Source of the DNA: Antedon mediterranea
Taxonomy: Eukaryota; Animalia; Echinodermata
DNA length: 64,000 nucleotides
Reading direction: 5' to 3'
Assembly: GCF_964355755.1 (NCBI RefSeq)
Contig: NC_092671.1
Location: forward strand, 36,776,304 to 36,840,303
Position numbers and translations under genes: made by a program. Each line of letters begins with the position of its first letter. The first letter of the stretch is position 1. Positions 13,201-28,200 of the stretch are shown here, one piece after another. Under the pieces are notes generated by a model. The model saw only the letters and a program-made list of their open reading frames with translations, was not told the DNA's origin and searched no databases.

Positions 13201-16200
13201 TCATAACTATCATAACAAGAGGCAATTCACAGAGGTGTGAAGAGGTCCGATAAATGGCTAGTTGGGATTTCAATAGAGGCTATTGAATGCTAGATTTGGG
13301 CAATTACAGGTATGCTTTGGCCCCCCTGGTGGACAGGTAACTGTGGGCTTTCAAATAAAGGGCATTGACTAAATTATTATTGTGTTCACCTACGCATAAA
13401 TTTCCCAAGCTTTAAAAATCACAAAGTATATTTCTCTTTCGTTTTCTAAGAAGAAAGGAACAATAATATCCAATAATCTTTCACAATGTTATTGATTAAG
13501 AAAAGATAAGGTTTCTAAAGGAAATAAAAATGATAGGAACTAATCAGTTGTAGATTAATCTACGTATTCAATGGGCAATTTCTTTTTTTATTTATTGCAG
13601 TATATTGAAGATTTGTGGTAGGGGGTTAATGATAAACTTCATAGCAATGAACCACCCTGATAATATAAATGTCTTTCCAGCTATAAACACCCAGTGTTGA
13701 CATGCAGTGGAGAAGCTATCGGTCAATCCATAGTTTGTAAATTTAATTCATGATCACTTCATTTTATTTATGAAATGTTACATTTTGTATATTGTCATTA
13801 CGTAGGAAGATAGATATTATATTAATTTTATAAAAAATAAGAAAGATATTTAATTTAAACCGCACTGAATTAAATTTCCTAAGCGTATTAAAATAAGAAG
13901 TAACAAATAAACCCTCATTTTATTGTAAAGATTGATAAAAAAACAACAAGCCAACATCTACAACATTGTCATTACAGTACACCCCAAACTCTAACAATGG
14001 TACAGTCCAGAATTGGTGGGTACAGTCCAGAATGGGTGGTTATAATTGTCGTAGTGGTTATTGTCCAATTTCCAAAACATTTAAGTTGTAGTTTATAATC
14101 TAATTTAAATAAATAAACAACAATTCATAATTGTGAATGTAGTTGAAATATTATATTTTTGTACTAATATCACATTTAAATTAATTAATTGGATCCAGAT
14201 AAAATTATTAAAATAATTCATAGTGCTTTATTTACATTTTAAAGAAATCACGTTGATAATTTACTTGAATGAATCTATTCAATCATTGCAATAAGGACAG
14301 AATTGTGACTACCTTGATTATAAAATTAAATATTAATGAAGCAGGTGTTTTATTTGTGTACACTGCTTAAGAGACACAGACATCAAATAATATAACAATG
14401 CTCTTCTTATAAATATTGCACATTCAATTATTTAGCCAAATTTCTAAACATATTGCATTTAAAATAGCCGTCTAGATCAATAACAACAATATGAAAAAAC
14501 ACTTCCTTTCGTTTACACCCTGGAGAAGCCCCCTTACAACAATCTAAAATCAATGAATATATTGCATTATTTTTATTAAAAGGTCATAGATATTATTAAT
14601 GTGTTGGTAAGTATTATTAAATAATGTCCGCAAGATTTGCCTTTAGATACAAGCCCTTCGTAATCAGTCTACTTAACAACCATTTTGTTTTATAATTCAT
14701 CATCTTCTCGGTAATCAATCACATATAAATCACGCAAGACGTTTTAAACTCCAGCAAAATAAAGAAACTGTGCGTCGGGGCAAAGCTAAATTAAACATAG
14801 CAAATCCGGACGGTAAGCCTTAAGTGCTATTATTTCCATTGGCCTAGAAACCTAAACCTTTTATAAACTGATGGAACTTAATATAATACACCCACATATA
14901 AAGCTTTGTCTACACTATCAAACTAGCTTGACAAAAAAGTGTGATGTGCCCAAATATGGTAGTGATATGCCCAAATATGGTAGTGATATGACATCATCAT
15001 GTCTATGGGCACATCACATTTTTTTTGTCATAAAGTTTGAGAGTGTAGACAGAGCTTAAAGACTGTAAACTGAATATACAGTTTACACACCTAGTGTTCG
15101 GATGCGTTAAAGGCCTGAAATATTAACATAACCAAGAAATCACCTACAAAATAGAAATATAGATGAAACAAAACCCTTGTTGCTCAAATGTTTGTTGAAT
15201 ATGAACTTTGACCTTTTATTAATCAGGGATTTAATATAATTATTCTACTGTGAGCACTCATGTGGAACCAGTCTAGATGCAATGGCCTGAACACTTAATG
15301 AGACTTATAACACTGTGTTTTTTTATTAAATTTTTTTTTAAAATACAACCTATAGTATAGTATTATTAGTAGTCATATGTACAAAATATACTACTTGTAC
15401 ACAACATGGATATGTAAAGATATTATATATTCATCTCATGAATGTCTGTATTTCATCAATATATAGGCCTATACAAACTTAGTCCGTGACCCAAGATTAA
15501 AATTCCAAGCATGATAGAACAATTATTTAGCCATTACAGCAACTCGCTGTAGGAAGACAACATCTTCTTATTACTGTACATTACACCGAGATGATCATAA
15601 CAAAATAATTTACAGCCCAATGGAACAAAAAATATCACACATCTTTTATATTTTCATATGGGTGTAACTTTCCCATTTAGAAAACACTATAAAAATTCTC
15701 AAAACATTAATATTATTCAGGGGCAGATCCACCATTATAGATTGGGGTGGGAGGGAGGAGCTAAATATTTCATAAATGATATTTAACGATCCGTCTAGCC
15801 ATTACAGCAACTCGCTGGAGGAAGACAACATCTTCTTATTACTGTACATTACACCGAGATGATCATAACAAAATAATTTACAGCCCAATGGAACAAAAAA
15901 TATCACACATCTTTTATATTTTCATATGGGTGTAACTTTCCCATTTAGAAAACTCTATAAAAATTCTCAAAACATTAATATTATTCAGGGGCAGATCCAC
16001 CATTATAGATTGGGGTGGGAGGGAGGAGCTAAATATTTCATAAATGATATTTAACGATCCGTCTGGTTGCAGAAAAATAAAAATAGTCATTATTTTATTT
16101 TTAAAAGACATGCCTGTTAAATTTTAGGGGGTGGGCTAAGGCCTGTTTAGCCCCAGCCTAAAGCACAAAGTGTTAAGGTATTAACTATAATAGTCAACAT

Positions 16201-19200
16201 GTAATCAACACTATTAGATAATTAATTTTTATGGGGCATTACTGTATTTCCAAGTAACGAGCTCCAATAATTAATAATGTAATTTTATACTTTGGTTAGA
16301 TATCATAAACATTTTCCTAAGTATCAATTATTCATTAGCTACCATATTATAATGACATTTAATTTTGAATTTGTCAATTTTATGGATTTTGAGATAACAT
16401 TTTTTTTTTAAATTTAAAATTATAATAACTGTAAATTGTATAACTTGACACGAATGAACCTAACAGTTTTATCAACAAAAATATGTTTGAACTTGTCAAT
16501 TGTATGGATTTTGAGATAAAATTATATATCAGTTTTTAAAAAAATTGTAAAATTATACAATAACTGTATGTAATTGTAGAACTTAATATTTTTATCAACA
16601 AAAAATTAAAAATCATTTTATATGTTTGAACAAATAGTTTATCATTATAATTGCACTTCCTTGATAAACAGTAAAACCCAAGTCACTGTGAAGGATGAAC
16701 CCCCTTCCTACTAAATAAAAGGTCGCTACACTTCTCAATACCCCTGGGAATCTGAGAATACAACAAGCAGGATATGGTTAACCAACGCCAGTTTCATCGA
16801 CGCATAATGTCGTTGAGATGAATATAAAACATCACAATACCCTGAGAAAGTGAAAACTACACCATTAATGATTCATAATAGCCTCGCTGTATCAAGTATA
16901 AGAAAATGAAGATTACTGTAGAAACTGTTTAAAACAGGACAAAATCTGATTGAATTAGGCTAAGATTTGGCAAGGTGCCAAGGCTAACGCTGCCTAAATC
17001 TTCAAAAAAAAAATCAATTAAACTATCGCTTGGACAATGTAACAATGATGTACTGTATGGGCCAAAATGACACATTTAGCAGTATGATCGAAGCTTGCTA
17101 TAATCATATAAAAACGTAAAGCTCTGTCTACACTATCAAACTTTATGTGACAAATGTGATGTGCCCATATATGGACATGATGATATCAATCACTACCATA
17201 TCTGGGCATAACACTACCATATTTAGGCACATCACGCTTTTTGTTGTCAAACTAGTTTGATAGTGTATACAGAGCTTAACATGTTTATCTACCAAGCATA
17301 GGCGAAGTAAGGAAACTAGTGCATGACAGAATATTGGAATAAAATTAAGTACGACGTTTCAGCATGTGTAATAGTGTCCTGAGAATACAAAACTAATCAC
17401 CTTCTTCCTCTGATTGTATTCCTTATACACTGATTTACTACGCTATACTTTCCTAAAGAGTTGAGGCCCAAAAAAACTTATCTACTGTAGCGCATGAAAG
17501 GACAAGCAAAAGATGACCGGTAGAATTATCACTCCAATGAGAAATCACTTGTTTTTCCCTTCCATTTAAATGCGACTCACACGAAATGAAATTAAACATA
17601 ACATGAAATTTGAAGTTTTTTTTTGCATGACTTATGATATAACCTATTATTTGGGTACATATTTAATAATGACCATAACAAATTTTGTATCATATTATCT
17701 CTTAAGGAAATGCTATATTAATATCATGGGGAAATCTGTTGTACTGCTGGTATCTATACCAGTACTAATAAATGTGGTTCGTATAATAATGTATATATAG
17801 TCTCTTCTTGTCTTCTGTGAAATTTTCGAAGTTTAAACAACTATTCCCTATACTCCAGTTTGGGTGCTAGCTTGGTGTTTTTGTCTTTTTGTTCTCTTCC
17901 GTTTGTTTTCCACTCTTTCTCGTCGAGCGCATAGAGACATTGTTTATTTGCGCTATATAAATCTATCTATTATTATTATTATAAAAGAACAAGACATCTT
18001 CGGGACTAACAAAATGTCCATGCCACCTCTCTACTGTATTTATACATCTTTAATAACTTTTTTTTAAAAACATGTTATAAAAATGTTAATTAAAAATTGT
18101 GCATAGGAGACAAGAAAAAATATTGATAGATATTGCTGTACATTAAAAGCACGAAGTGTGATGTGGTTTACAAGTGTATACCGGTATTACAGTACAAATG
18201 AGAGAGGAATGTTAATATTATACTAGTGCATTCATTAGAGACATGATAAGGGCCAATCGTATCCTGCTTCCATTGCACGCTACCGGCCTACACAATCATC
18301 CGATTTTAAAACCAAAAAACAATTATTTTCAATAAAAAGATTTTTATGAATTTTTATGATGATTTATTTGTACAGTAATTACTATCTACTTAAATCAATA
18401 TATTTAAAAAATCTTTTATATATTTTATTTATTGCTAAAAAAAGTGATTGTAATAAGTTCTTTATAGTCAATTTTATTATTATATAATAAGCAAATAATG
18501 GTCGCTGTCGAATGTGTAGTAACTACTTTACAGTAGTACTAAAAAGAACACAGAGTTAGTACTAAAATGGTAATCACAAATCTGTAATAATATCTCAATA
18601 AAACTATTGAAAAATGACATAAAACATATCTGGTGTTAATAAAAAAAAAACTGCTCAACATTTGAGTAACCAATCAAGTACACGTTGAAGTTGTGCGATA
18701 TGAAAAAACTTAAACAAAGGGGTAACATATATAGAGACATAAGCATAACACCAAGAACACAAAGGCACAGCTCATTTGCATACAGCTGGCGTTGTGACCT
18801 TTGCTGTAAGAGGGCTAAAATGATTATGAGAACGGACCATCGGAGACGTATCTTTCACCATTTTCCACTTGGTTAGTTTACAAGTACGGGACTCAAATAT
18901 TAAGCAAATAATATTAAACAAGTGGATAAATATACATACAGTGATATCATACGCTTTGCTTAACCGATTTTGTTAAGGTGGGAGATTTTCATGGGTTACT
19001 TAATGTACGTGATTGTTCTCCAAATTGTTTTTTATCGAGTTACATCTCTAAAAGTGAAGTTTAAACAATTTAGTCAAGATATAAAAACAATATAATGATA
19101 TGAGTCACCTTTTGAGTGTTAGTATTAAATCAGTAAATCAACTTAATTCGAGATAATACCAACAATGCATTATAATACGATAAATGTGTTATTAAATTTG

Positions 19201-22200
19201 TCCTTATTCATTTGCGAATCAAATTTAATATTAAATTATGAAATAAGGAGAATGAGTAATAGTAATTGTAACAGTAAATTTAATTATTTAGAGCATGTAT
19301 CAAGCACAGTAACATTTTATAAGGCTCTGTTTACACTATCAAACTTTATGTGACAAAAAATGTGCTAACGTATTGACATGATGATGCCATATCAATACCA
19401 TATTTGGGCATATCTCCACAATATTTAGGTACATCACACTTTTTGAGACAGAGCTTAAGATTTTTATATTTAGAAGTAAAAGTTGGTGCATAAACAATCA
19501 AAACATTAAGGAAATATTCCCAACAATACTGTACTTTATTTTTCCTCTTTCAGAACACAAAGGGTACTTAACTTTATTCCTGTGGAAAATGAAAATTGTT
19601 TTCGTAAGAAGTTTTTAAACAATTTGCTCATATCATATTATGATTCTTATGTTAAAATGCAGTGTCTCAGTAATGACTCTAATTTTGAGCTTCGAAAAAA
19701 AATGTCAAAGAAATGAAGGCACCTTGCAGATGGATGTAAATAAAAATACACTGAGATACAGTACTTCGAAAATAGGCACAGTACCATACAATTCCAAAAA
19801 GTACATTTAATCGCATAAAGATCCTTAAATCGACCACTAAAGTGTAAATGTTTGATAATATAATATAACCAATCCAACACTTTACTAGCCAAACGATTTA
19901 TCTAGGTGTAAAATGGAACAAGGTCTATGTGCTAACCTATCAAATGAAGATTAATTTCACGAAAATTGCTACAAATTTCACAAACTCTCAAATGAATTAG
20001 AAATTACTATAGTTTTTTTTCACTCTGTATAAAGTGGTAAATTCATAAGTGAAAATGTATAGTCCTGTTGTGGAGGCAACGATGCAGAAATAGTGGTGAT
20101 TATAATTTGCACTGCCTCCTCCTGCTCGTAACCCTGATGGAACAATAGCATACGGAAAGCATCGGAAAGCGTTCATCTATGACGATAACGAATCATCATC
20201 ATTTTCGCTTATCAGTGTTTAGTTTCTTATCAAATGATAAAATATATCAAATTGGAAATCAAGATTCTTTAACGCCATGTTCTTAGATTTAAGGAAGACT
20301 TTTTGTACAGTACAAATATATCTTAGTAACAATTAAAGATGTATTGACCCCCAAAATCATGGAAAATAAAGATGTATAAAATCAGACTTTGTATAGGCCT
20401 GTATTAATAATGCAGTATAAATGAAGTTCCATAAGAAAAAATGGAAAAAAAATATGATTTCACTAAAAAGTTAAATTTAACCAAAAATTCATTGTCTGAC
20501 AAATAATTTGACTATTTTTTGCTTTCAAATTAGTTTTCTTACAGTAGGTAAATAATTTTTAAATAGCATATTCAACAACAAAAATTAAAATTTTTTCAGA
20601 AGGGGACAATATATCTTTAATAGAAACTATTTATAGATAAATATTTTGGCATTTTCATCATTTGCAGTACATACACGTTTTTGTATTATATTATTTTTTT
20701 CAATATTTTTACCACTAATTAAAGAATAACTAAATGATGAAGTCATATACTATAATAATATATACAGTTGAAGTAGCTATATTAGAAATCATTATGAAGG
20801 AAATCAAAGGAAGAGGATATTGCTAATAACTGTGAGTCCTACAGTATATAAATTTTACACTTTAATAATTACTTAATCAAACTTTTATTAACGAATTAAA
20901 ATACATTTATCAACTTAATCGGATTAAAATTTCAAAAAGAAACATTTAAATAAATCAAATAATTATCATGATTTTCAATTAAAAATAATTGCCAAATTTA
21001 AAAATAAATTGTTATGGAAACGGGTAGATGAATTAATTTATGAATACAACACTTTTAGAGAGAATTATTTTGATAATTTAGTGCAGCGAGTTCATTATGA
21101 ATATTGTGTAGAATCGTTGACCATATCAAATGTAATAATAATAGAGTTCTTACGCGCAACGTGATTAGCTTGTAAGACCGATTCAAAATGAAAGTATCAA
21201 ACTTGATGGATATTAAATGATTGGTAATTTTATCAAAATAAAATTTATACCCATTTGCGGCAAAATTATTCACAGATAATTAACATATTTTGTCATATTT
21301 TTCAGTTTTTCATAACACAAATCAGTTACTAACAATAAAAAAAAAAGTATAGTTGATCATATTTCTCTAAGTATACATAGGTCAACCTTTGCCCTAAATA
21401 TTTTGTTTAAATTATAACTATTTTGAGCAAATTTGTAATTGCAATAAGTTATTGTCAATTGTGTTAAAAATGATTTATTTATGGAAGATAGGTGGACATT
21501 TTTGGGATAGGAGGGGGGGGGGGCATCAATATGGTATTTGGAGGCTGAGATACACCTAGTATATTCACAGCTCCCACCAGGTGAGATGTGGTACAAATCG
21601 TAATCGGTGTTAAAATGTTGGAACCCGTAAAAATATACAACATAAGAAAAAAATAAAAAAAGAAATCATGAAAAATCACAAGCATCTTCAGCTGACTTCC
21701 AAATTCCTTGTACTGTAAGAAATCTACACTATCTTAATACCTACAGTAATGTACTGTACCACCATAACCACAAACCAAATAAATAAATAAGTACTATTAC
21801 CTGTACTGTATTTCAATGATAAAATAATCAGTCAGTTTTAGTTAAAATTAAATTAATTTTGGTAACAGTAACACAGATGTCTTGGCTATTTTTGTATGAA
21901 ATTGGGTCAAACAATTGCATGTCATCTATAGTAGAGAAGTGTAACGTGGGCTGTGGAGTGCATTTATCAATATGGTAGGTATCAGTTTTTATAATTCATC
22001 ATTCCATGTGTAAATCCTGGTTCTCGACCACGGTTATAAAATTTTATCTGATAATCCATTATTTGCACAAAATCACAGATAAGGACATTATCCGGGTGAT
22101 GAATTTAAATTGATAAGATATTTTAAGGATTAAATAAGAGAAGTAAGGATTTCATCTCCTCTAAATTAAAATCACAATGTTTTTGATGATAACAGTATTT

Positions 22201-25200
22201 TATAATAAGACATTTTTCGATATGTACACTTAGATGGGTTTAACTTTGCTAATCTTGTTGGATGTGATGTTCCAAATATGATAGTGATGTTCCCAAACAT
22301 GGTAGTGGTATGACGTCATCATCATCAGGGCACATCACATTTTTTTGTCACATAAAGTTTGATAGTGTAGACAGAGGTTTACAAGAGTTAATGAAAAAAA
22401 ATGGTATACACTAATACTTTTAGGTATCCAGAGGTTTCTTGGTGGGTGCTGTGTTAAAATTAGACAAGTAGTGGAAGGCCCTAAAATGAGCTTTAGGCTG
22501 GGGGGGGGGGGGGAGATTTCAAAGGTGGGCATCATTTCCTACCTCCACCCAGTGTAATAGCATTCATAAAATTCAATGCTACAGTAAATTGTTTCTCCAA
22601 TCAAGCAATTTACCACTTTTTCCTCAACAACAATTGCACTGCACAAAAGTACTAGCACGTCCGCTAAACAAAGACTAAGACCAGTTGAGTAGATCTTAAA
22701 GATCAATTGAAGAAAATCATAGAACTCTAAAGCTCATAAGCATAACACTGCAAATAATCCTCAACACTGGTCACATGATCAAATCAAAATACCGTACCTA
22801 CTTAAATAATGAAAAGCAATGCTGTTTTTTTATCTAGACAAAGACTTGGCTTGTGGCTCAACAATTTGCCCTACAATACAACCTGTTTAAATACAGTAGT
22901 TCTTTCATTTAATTAGGAATTGCAGGTATAGCAAAACAATATTGTAAATGATGAGAATTTAATATTTTTCTTCAGACTGTACTTTAGGTACTGTACATAC
23001 AGGGATCATATTCAAATGACAGTATTCTACAGTACTGCAGTTACTGCAAAAACTTTTATTTTTATTTTATAACCTGTCTGCAATAATATAGCAGGTTTTT
23101 TATTTATTTCAGTGTCTACCACTAGTCAAGTCAAGTATCATTCACTATAAACTATTCTATATTAAAACAAATTAAATTCATACACGTTATTTTAGATACT
23201 GCAGTAACTGCAGTGGAATAATGTTGATCTCTTATTTGACAATTTACATGTGTCACCATCACAACAAATTATTATTTTAGTTTTAATATAATCATTCACA
23301 TTTTTCTAAACACAAATGTTTCATTATCTTAATGATATTAAGAGTATAATAAGTATAATAATAACTCTCTGTTAAATGAATTGTCAATTTGTTATATTAA
23401 CAACAAATGCTTATTTTCTCTAGATCATTATTTCCCAGGTAGCCTTGCTCTGCAGGATGTCAAACTTGGCGACATGCTATGTTTTTTACAAGTTCAATAT
23501 GTCACTAGTACAATGCTTAATTTGATTGAACACTAAATTAATTTGTTACAAAATATCATAATTTTTCTTTGGAACAATAAAAGTTTTAAGATATAATATT
23601 TTTTATTTCAATAATTTATTAAATTATGATACAAGATCATGCAGTTTTAAAAACGTAAACGTGAATACAATGATTAAATACCTTGTTTAAATGGCGCACC
23701 TTGCGCTGGCTGGCCCGCGTTCTTTGACGCACCAGTAGGAGGTGAAAACATCTAAAAAAAGAAAAAACAATATTTAATAATCAAAATTATCCTCCTTACA
23801 ATCACTATGCTGTCAAAAAGTGAAGAAAAAAAAAAGTGCAGTAAATATTCTTTCCATCTGTGTTCCTTCAAATCACACCAAAACTTAATTTCAACTTGAA
23901 AAAGAATTCCTTTCAGTTACTGTATGCTATAAAATGATAGTAAATTCCGATAATTGTCTAATTTTCAAACTGAATTTGATAACTATGAACATCATCTAGT
24001 GTAGAGCATGCAGCGAGATGAAATGAATGGATTGGCTGGAAACAAAGAACATAGCAACATTACTGTACTATGGACATCCAAATAGCAATGTCCACCTACA
24101 GTACTATAATAAGTACTTTTAATCGCGATATAATATTCGCAGCAAGGAATGTAGTGTTGAAAGCAAAATGAATTACAACATCAAAACTAAGCTTTCATAA
24201 ATCTTCTAATCATCCTTCTCCAATCCCACTGATTTCAATCAAAAAACATTACAAATTGAATATATACGGAGAAATGAACATTTTTCCATAACTGGAGCTA
24301 AACAAACCTGGCAACAGCAATAAATCATTGTGGATAGATAATGCATATCAATTAAGTATAATCACATAAACCAGACACATTAAAATGATAATCTGACTGA
24401 AGGGAGCAAAATGAGCCCTCGATTAATACCTCTCTCGTGATTTATGACATTGGGAGAAAGAAATAATGAAAAACAATAATACATAATAGATTGGAATAAA
24501 CTTTTAAATGCCTAGAAACAAGTAGAAAAGCCATATGTACTACCCTAGCATCTAAAAATAAATCGTTTACGAATCACTTCGGTAATCAACTTTTAGAGTC
24601 GCAATAAAGTGCACATGCTGGCCCACAGTAGTATGATAGTACTTTGTAGAGGCCTATGACCCAGTCAACAGTTAATTTTATTATCTTATCTACAAACCTG
24701 AACATTATTAACTACTACTGTAGTACTATTTAATTGATTTGGATTTCATCAAATCATTTTGTAAGTTAAACGAATACAATCACCTTTAAAGCTCTGTCTA
24801 CATTATCAGACTTTATGTGAAAAAAAAATGTGATGTGACCATATATGGACATGACGATGTCATATAACTACCATATTTGGTGATATCACTACCATATTTG
24901 GGTACATCACAAACTAGTTTGATAGTGTAGACAGAGCTTTAAGTCATTCATAGAAGATAGAACGATATATTACTGTATGATAATGTTAAAAGCAGACTAT
25001 AAACCACATTGAAAAAACTGAATATGGTATATTACTTTATTAACAATTTTAGGCTTACACAGTTCAAAAACATACGAGAGGATTTAGAACAAGTGTGACC
25101 ATATACAGCGCCACATGCTGGTACTGGTACTATTTTCTTCCTGATTTGATAATTTATTGTTTCTACGTCTGGGTTTCTACTTGAAGAGATTACATTTAAT

Positions 25201-28200
25201 GACTTATTTTGATAAGACAGCAAGTATATCACAGTTGGATAAGTACAGTGCATGTGATATCACAGTTGGGTTCAGCCACCGTTTGTAATACCTCCACCAT
25301 GGTGGTGCATGCTTACTGTTTGTGTGTACAAACATCTCTTGAATTGTATTTACTAATTATTCTTTAAAATACTGGCAGAAACAGAAATATTAAGAAATAC
25401 ATTGAATTGAGAAGTGTATAATCATTTGTACCATTTGCATGGCATGTGCTGTGAAATGCACAATGAAAAATTCCAATGGCCTGCAGTGCGGTAAATAGCT
25501 CCACGACTGTGCTTTGTAGAAAACATACATTAGCATAGCAATACCCCATCTATGAGCAAGTGGGTACAGTATTTATTAATAGCCGAGAATGGCTTACTGT
25601 ACACTCTCACAGACTACTGGTATAGGTGATCTGGCAACTGCTGGAACCATAGGGCACAAGCAAGTGTCTTTAGCATAGGTGTTCAGGCTATTGGAACCAG
25701 CTGGACTGAAACCCTTGCATGACCTCATGTGACAACCTAGCCTGACCAGTCAAGCGTACAACATTAGAAACACCTGCAAACTTAGTAACAGCTGCTTGAC
25801 TTCCACTTCTCATTAGTAAAATGTCCTTAAAACACTGAGATTCCACCAGTAACCACTGGCTACAGGTGTACTGTGCTATCTTTAAACACTAAATATTAAA
25901 CTGTACAGTATACTGTACTACATTTTAACTGTACAATACCAGATGTTACTACAGTAACTTTACTACATTTTATCTATAGCAATACATAGCAATGTACAGT
26001 ACCAGATGTTACAGACGTAGTAGGTTTCCACTTCTGGATAATAAGCGATTGCATACATTACTGCATGTACTGCAAGATTTGATACTGTACGTCATACAGT
26101 AGTTGATACTTTACGTCATACAGTAGTTGATACTGTACGTCATACAGTAGTTGATACTGTACGTCATATAGTAGTTGATACTGTACGTCATACAGTAGTT
26201 GATACTGTACGTCATACAGTAGTTGATACTGTACGTCATACAGTAGTTGATACTGTACGTCAATGTACTGTATTGATGTAGCCTCTATTTCAATTACCTT
26301 TTTTTCATTTCAATGTATAATCTAAACAAAGATATTGGTGTTAAGCTCTATCTACACTATCAAACTTGACAAAAAAAGTGCCATGCGCCCAAATATGGTA
26401 GTAATATGCCAAAATATGGTAGTGATATGACATCATCATGTCCATATATGGATATCATTTGTTTGTCACATAAACTTTACATTGTCCACAGTATGTTTAT
26501 ATATAAACAATGTTAAATTAACTACTGTATAGTAAATAATGGAAACTGTAATTTAAGAATGATGTTACGTTCTTTACTGGAAACTCCAATTTTAAGAACC
26601 ATTTTATTTTACTGTACGTTCTTTACATACTGTAGTAAAAAATAAGGACCAAATGCAGGCATAATTCATATCAAACTATTTTTTACCCAAAAACAAGGTT
26701 TTATCAAATGAAAATAGGATAGATTAGAGTAGAACTAATATTCATAGGCAACCTTGAAACAATAAAGTTTTGATAATCTTGTATTGTGACCTTCTCCAGT
26801 CAGGATGTATACTAAATTCATATCTATTCCTTTTTTAGGTTACTTCATATAAATAACATCCGTTTGAGATTTGAATAATATAACATGTACTGTACTGTAT
26901 ACAGTAGGCAGCTTCTGTATCTTTAATAATAAGAGCCAATCATTTTCATCATCAGCATGAATTAAATCCAGTAGCTTAAGGGGTCCTATTGAATTACTCT
27001 TGGAATCACAGTTAATAGCAGTTACAGGTTTGAATAAGAACTGCTTAAAGTTTGTGTTTATCTGGGTTGCACATACTGTAAGAGTGATTATAATTTGGTA
27101 ATATTGTAATGTTAAACATTCATACAGATCATTAGTTGTTATGTTACACATTTTTATGTGCGAAAAAATGTAATTAGACTATTGGTTTCGGACTTGAGAT
27201 TGGTGGTTTTATCTAGCCTAAAGTATCCAGTACTTGGCTTGCACAGTAGAATAAATAATTGCTTGTTTGCTAATATTTTACAGTAGCTCCACACTGTATA
27301 ACAACATATCATTTGAAATTATGTTACACATTTAGACATCTAGACATAATTAGACTAGAATAATACTGTAGTTGTGCTAATTTGAGATTGGTAGTTTTAT
27401 CTAGCATAAAGTACTTGGCCTACACAGATAAATGTTGCTTTTGCAGCCTACTATATCCTATTTTTGGCATCCATCTTACAACCCTATGCACCCCCACTTC
27501 CCTCCACCCACATCTTAGGATTTTGGCATATTGTCTTATGTTCACTATGTTTTTTGTATAACCTTATACAGTAATTAAAACATGTGATGTGAAACATGTA
27601 CAGTACAGTACTGTTGTAAAGTACACCAATATTCTACTCTGTTAGACAGAAATTGAGTTGAACCCAAGTTTATCTAGAATATTGTAAATCATTAATAGTT
27701 TGTGAATTGCGCATACCGGAATACTGGGCTAGAAAGGGTCACTTCCTACTACTTTCAATCTTGGCTCTGTAGTAGACATCTTTTAATAAATAATTTGTAT
27801 TTAATGTCATATTCTTATGTGTATATATGAGAAAAAAACATGAATAGAATATTAAAGATGCATTGTCCCCCCAAAAACATGAAAAATGAAGATTAATAAA
27901 ATCAGACTTTAAATAGCCAATTTTGCAGTTATTTTATAATAAAGTTATTCACTTTTGTAAAAAAATAAACAATTATTTCACTTATAAATAAACAAAAGAA
28001 ACAGTTAATGTTAACCAAAAACTACTGCAATTTTAATATTTTTTGCTTTAAATTACATTTTTTCAGATAAATAATTTTTTTTTTGATCCAATTTTTGGTC
28101 AATGAATAATGAATAACTATTATGTGACATTAAAATGCCATATTCAACAAAACAATTTCAAAAATAATTTTTTAGGGGGACAATGTATCTTTAAATCATT

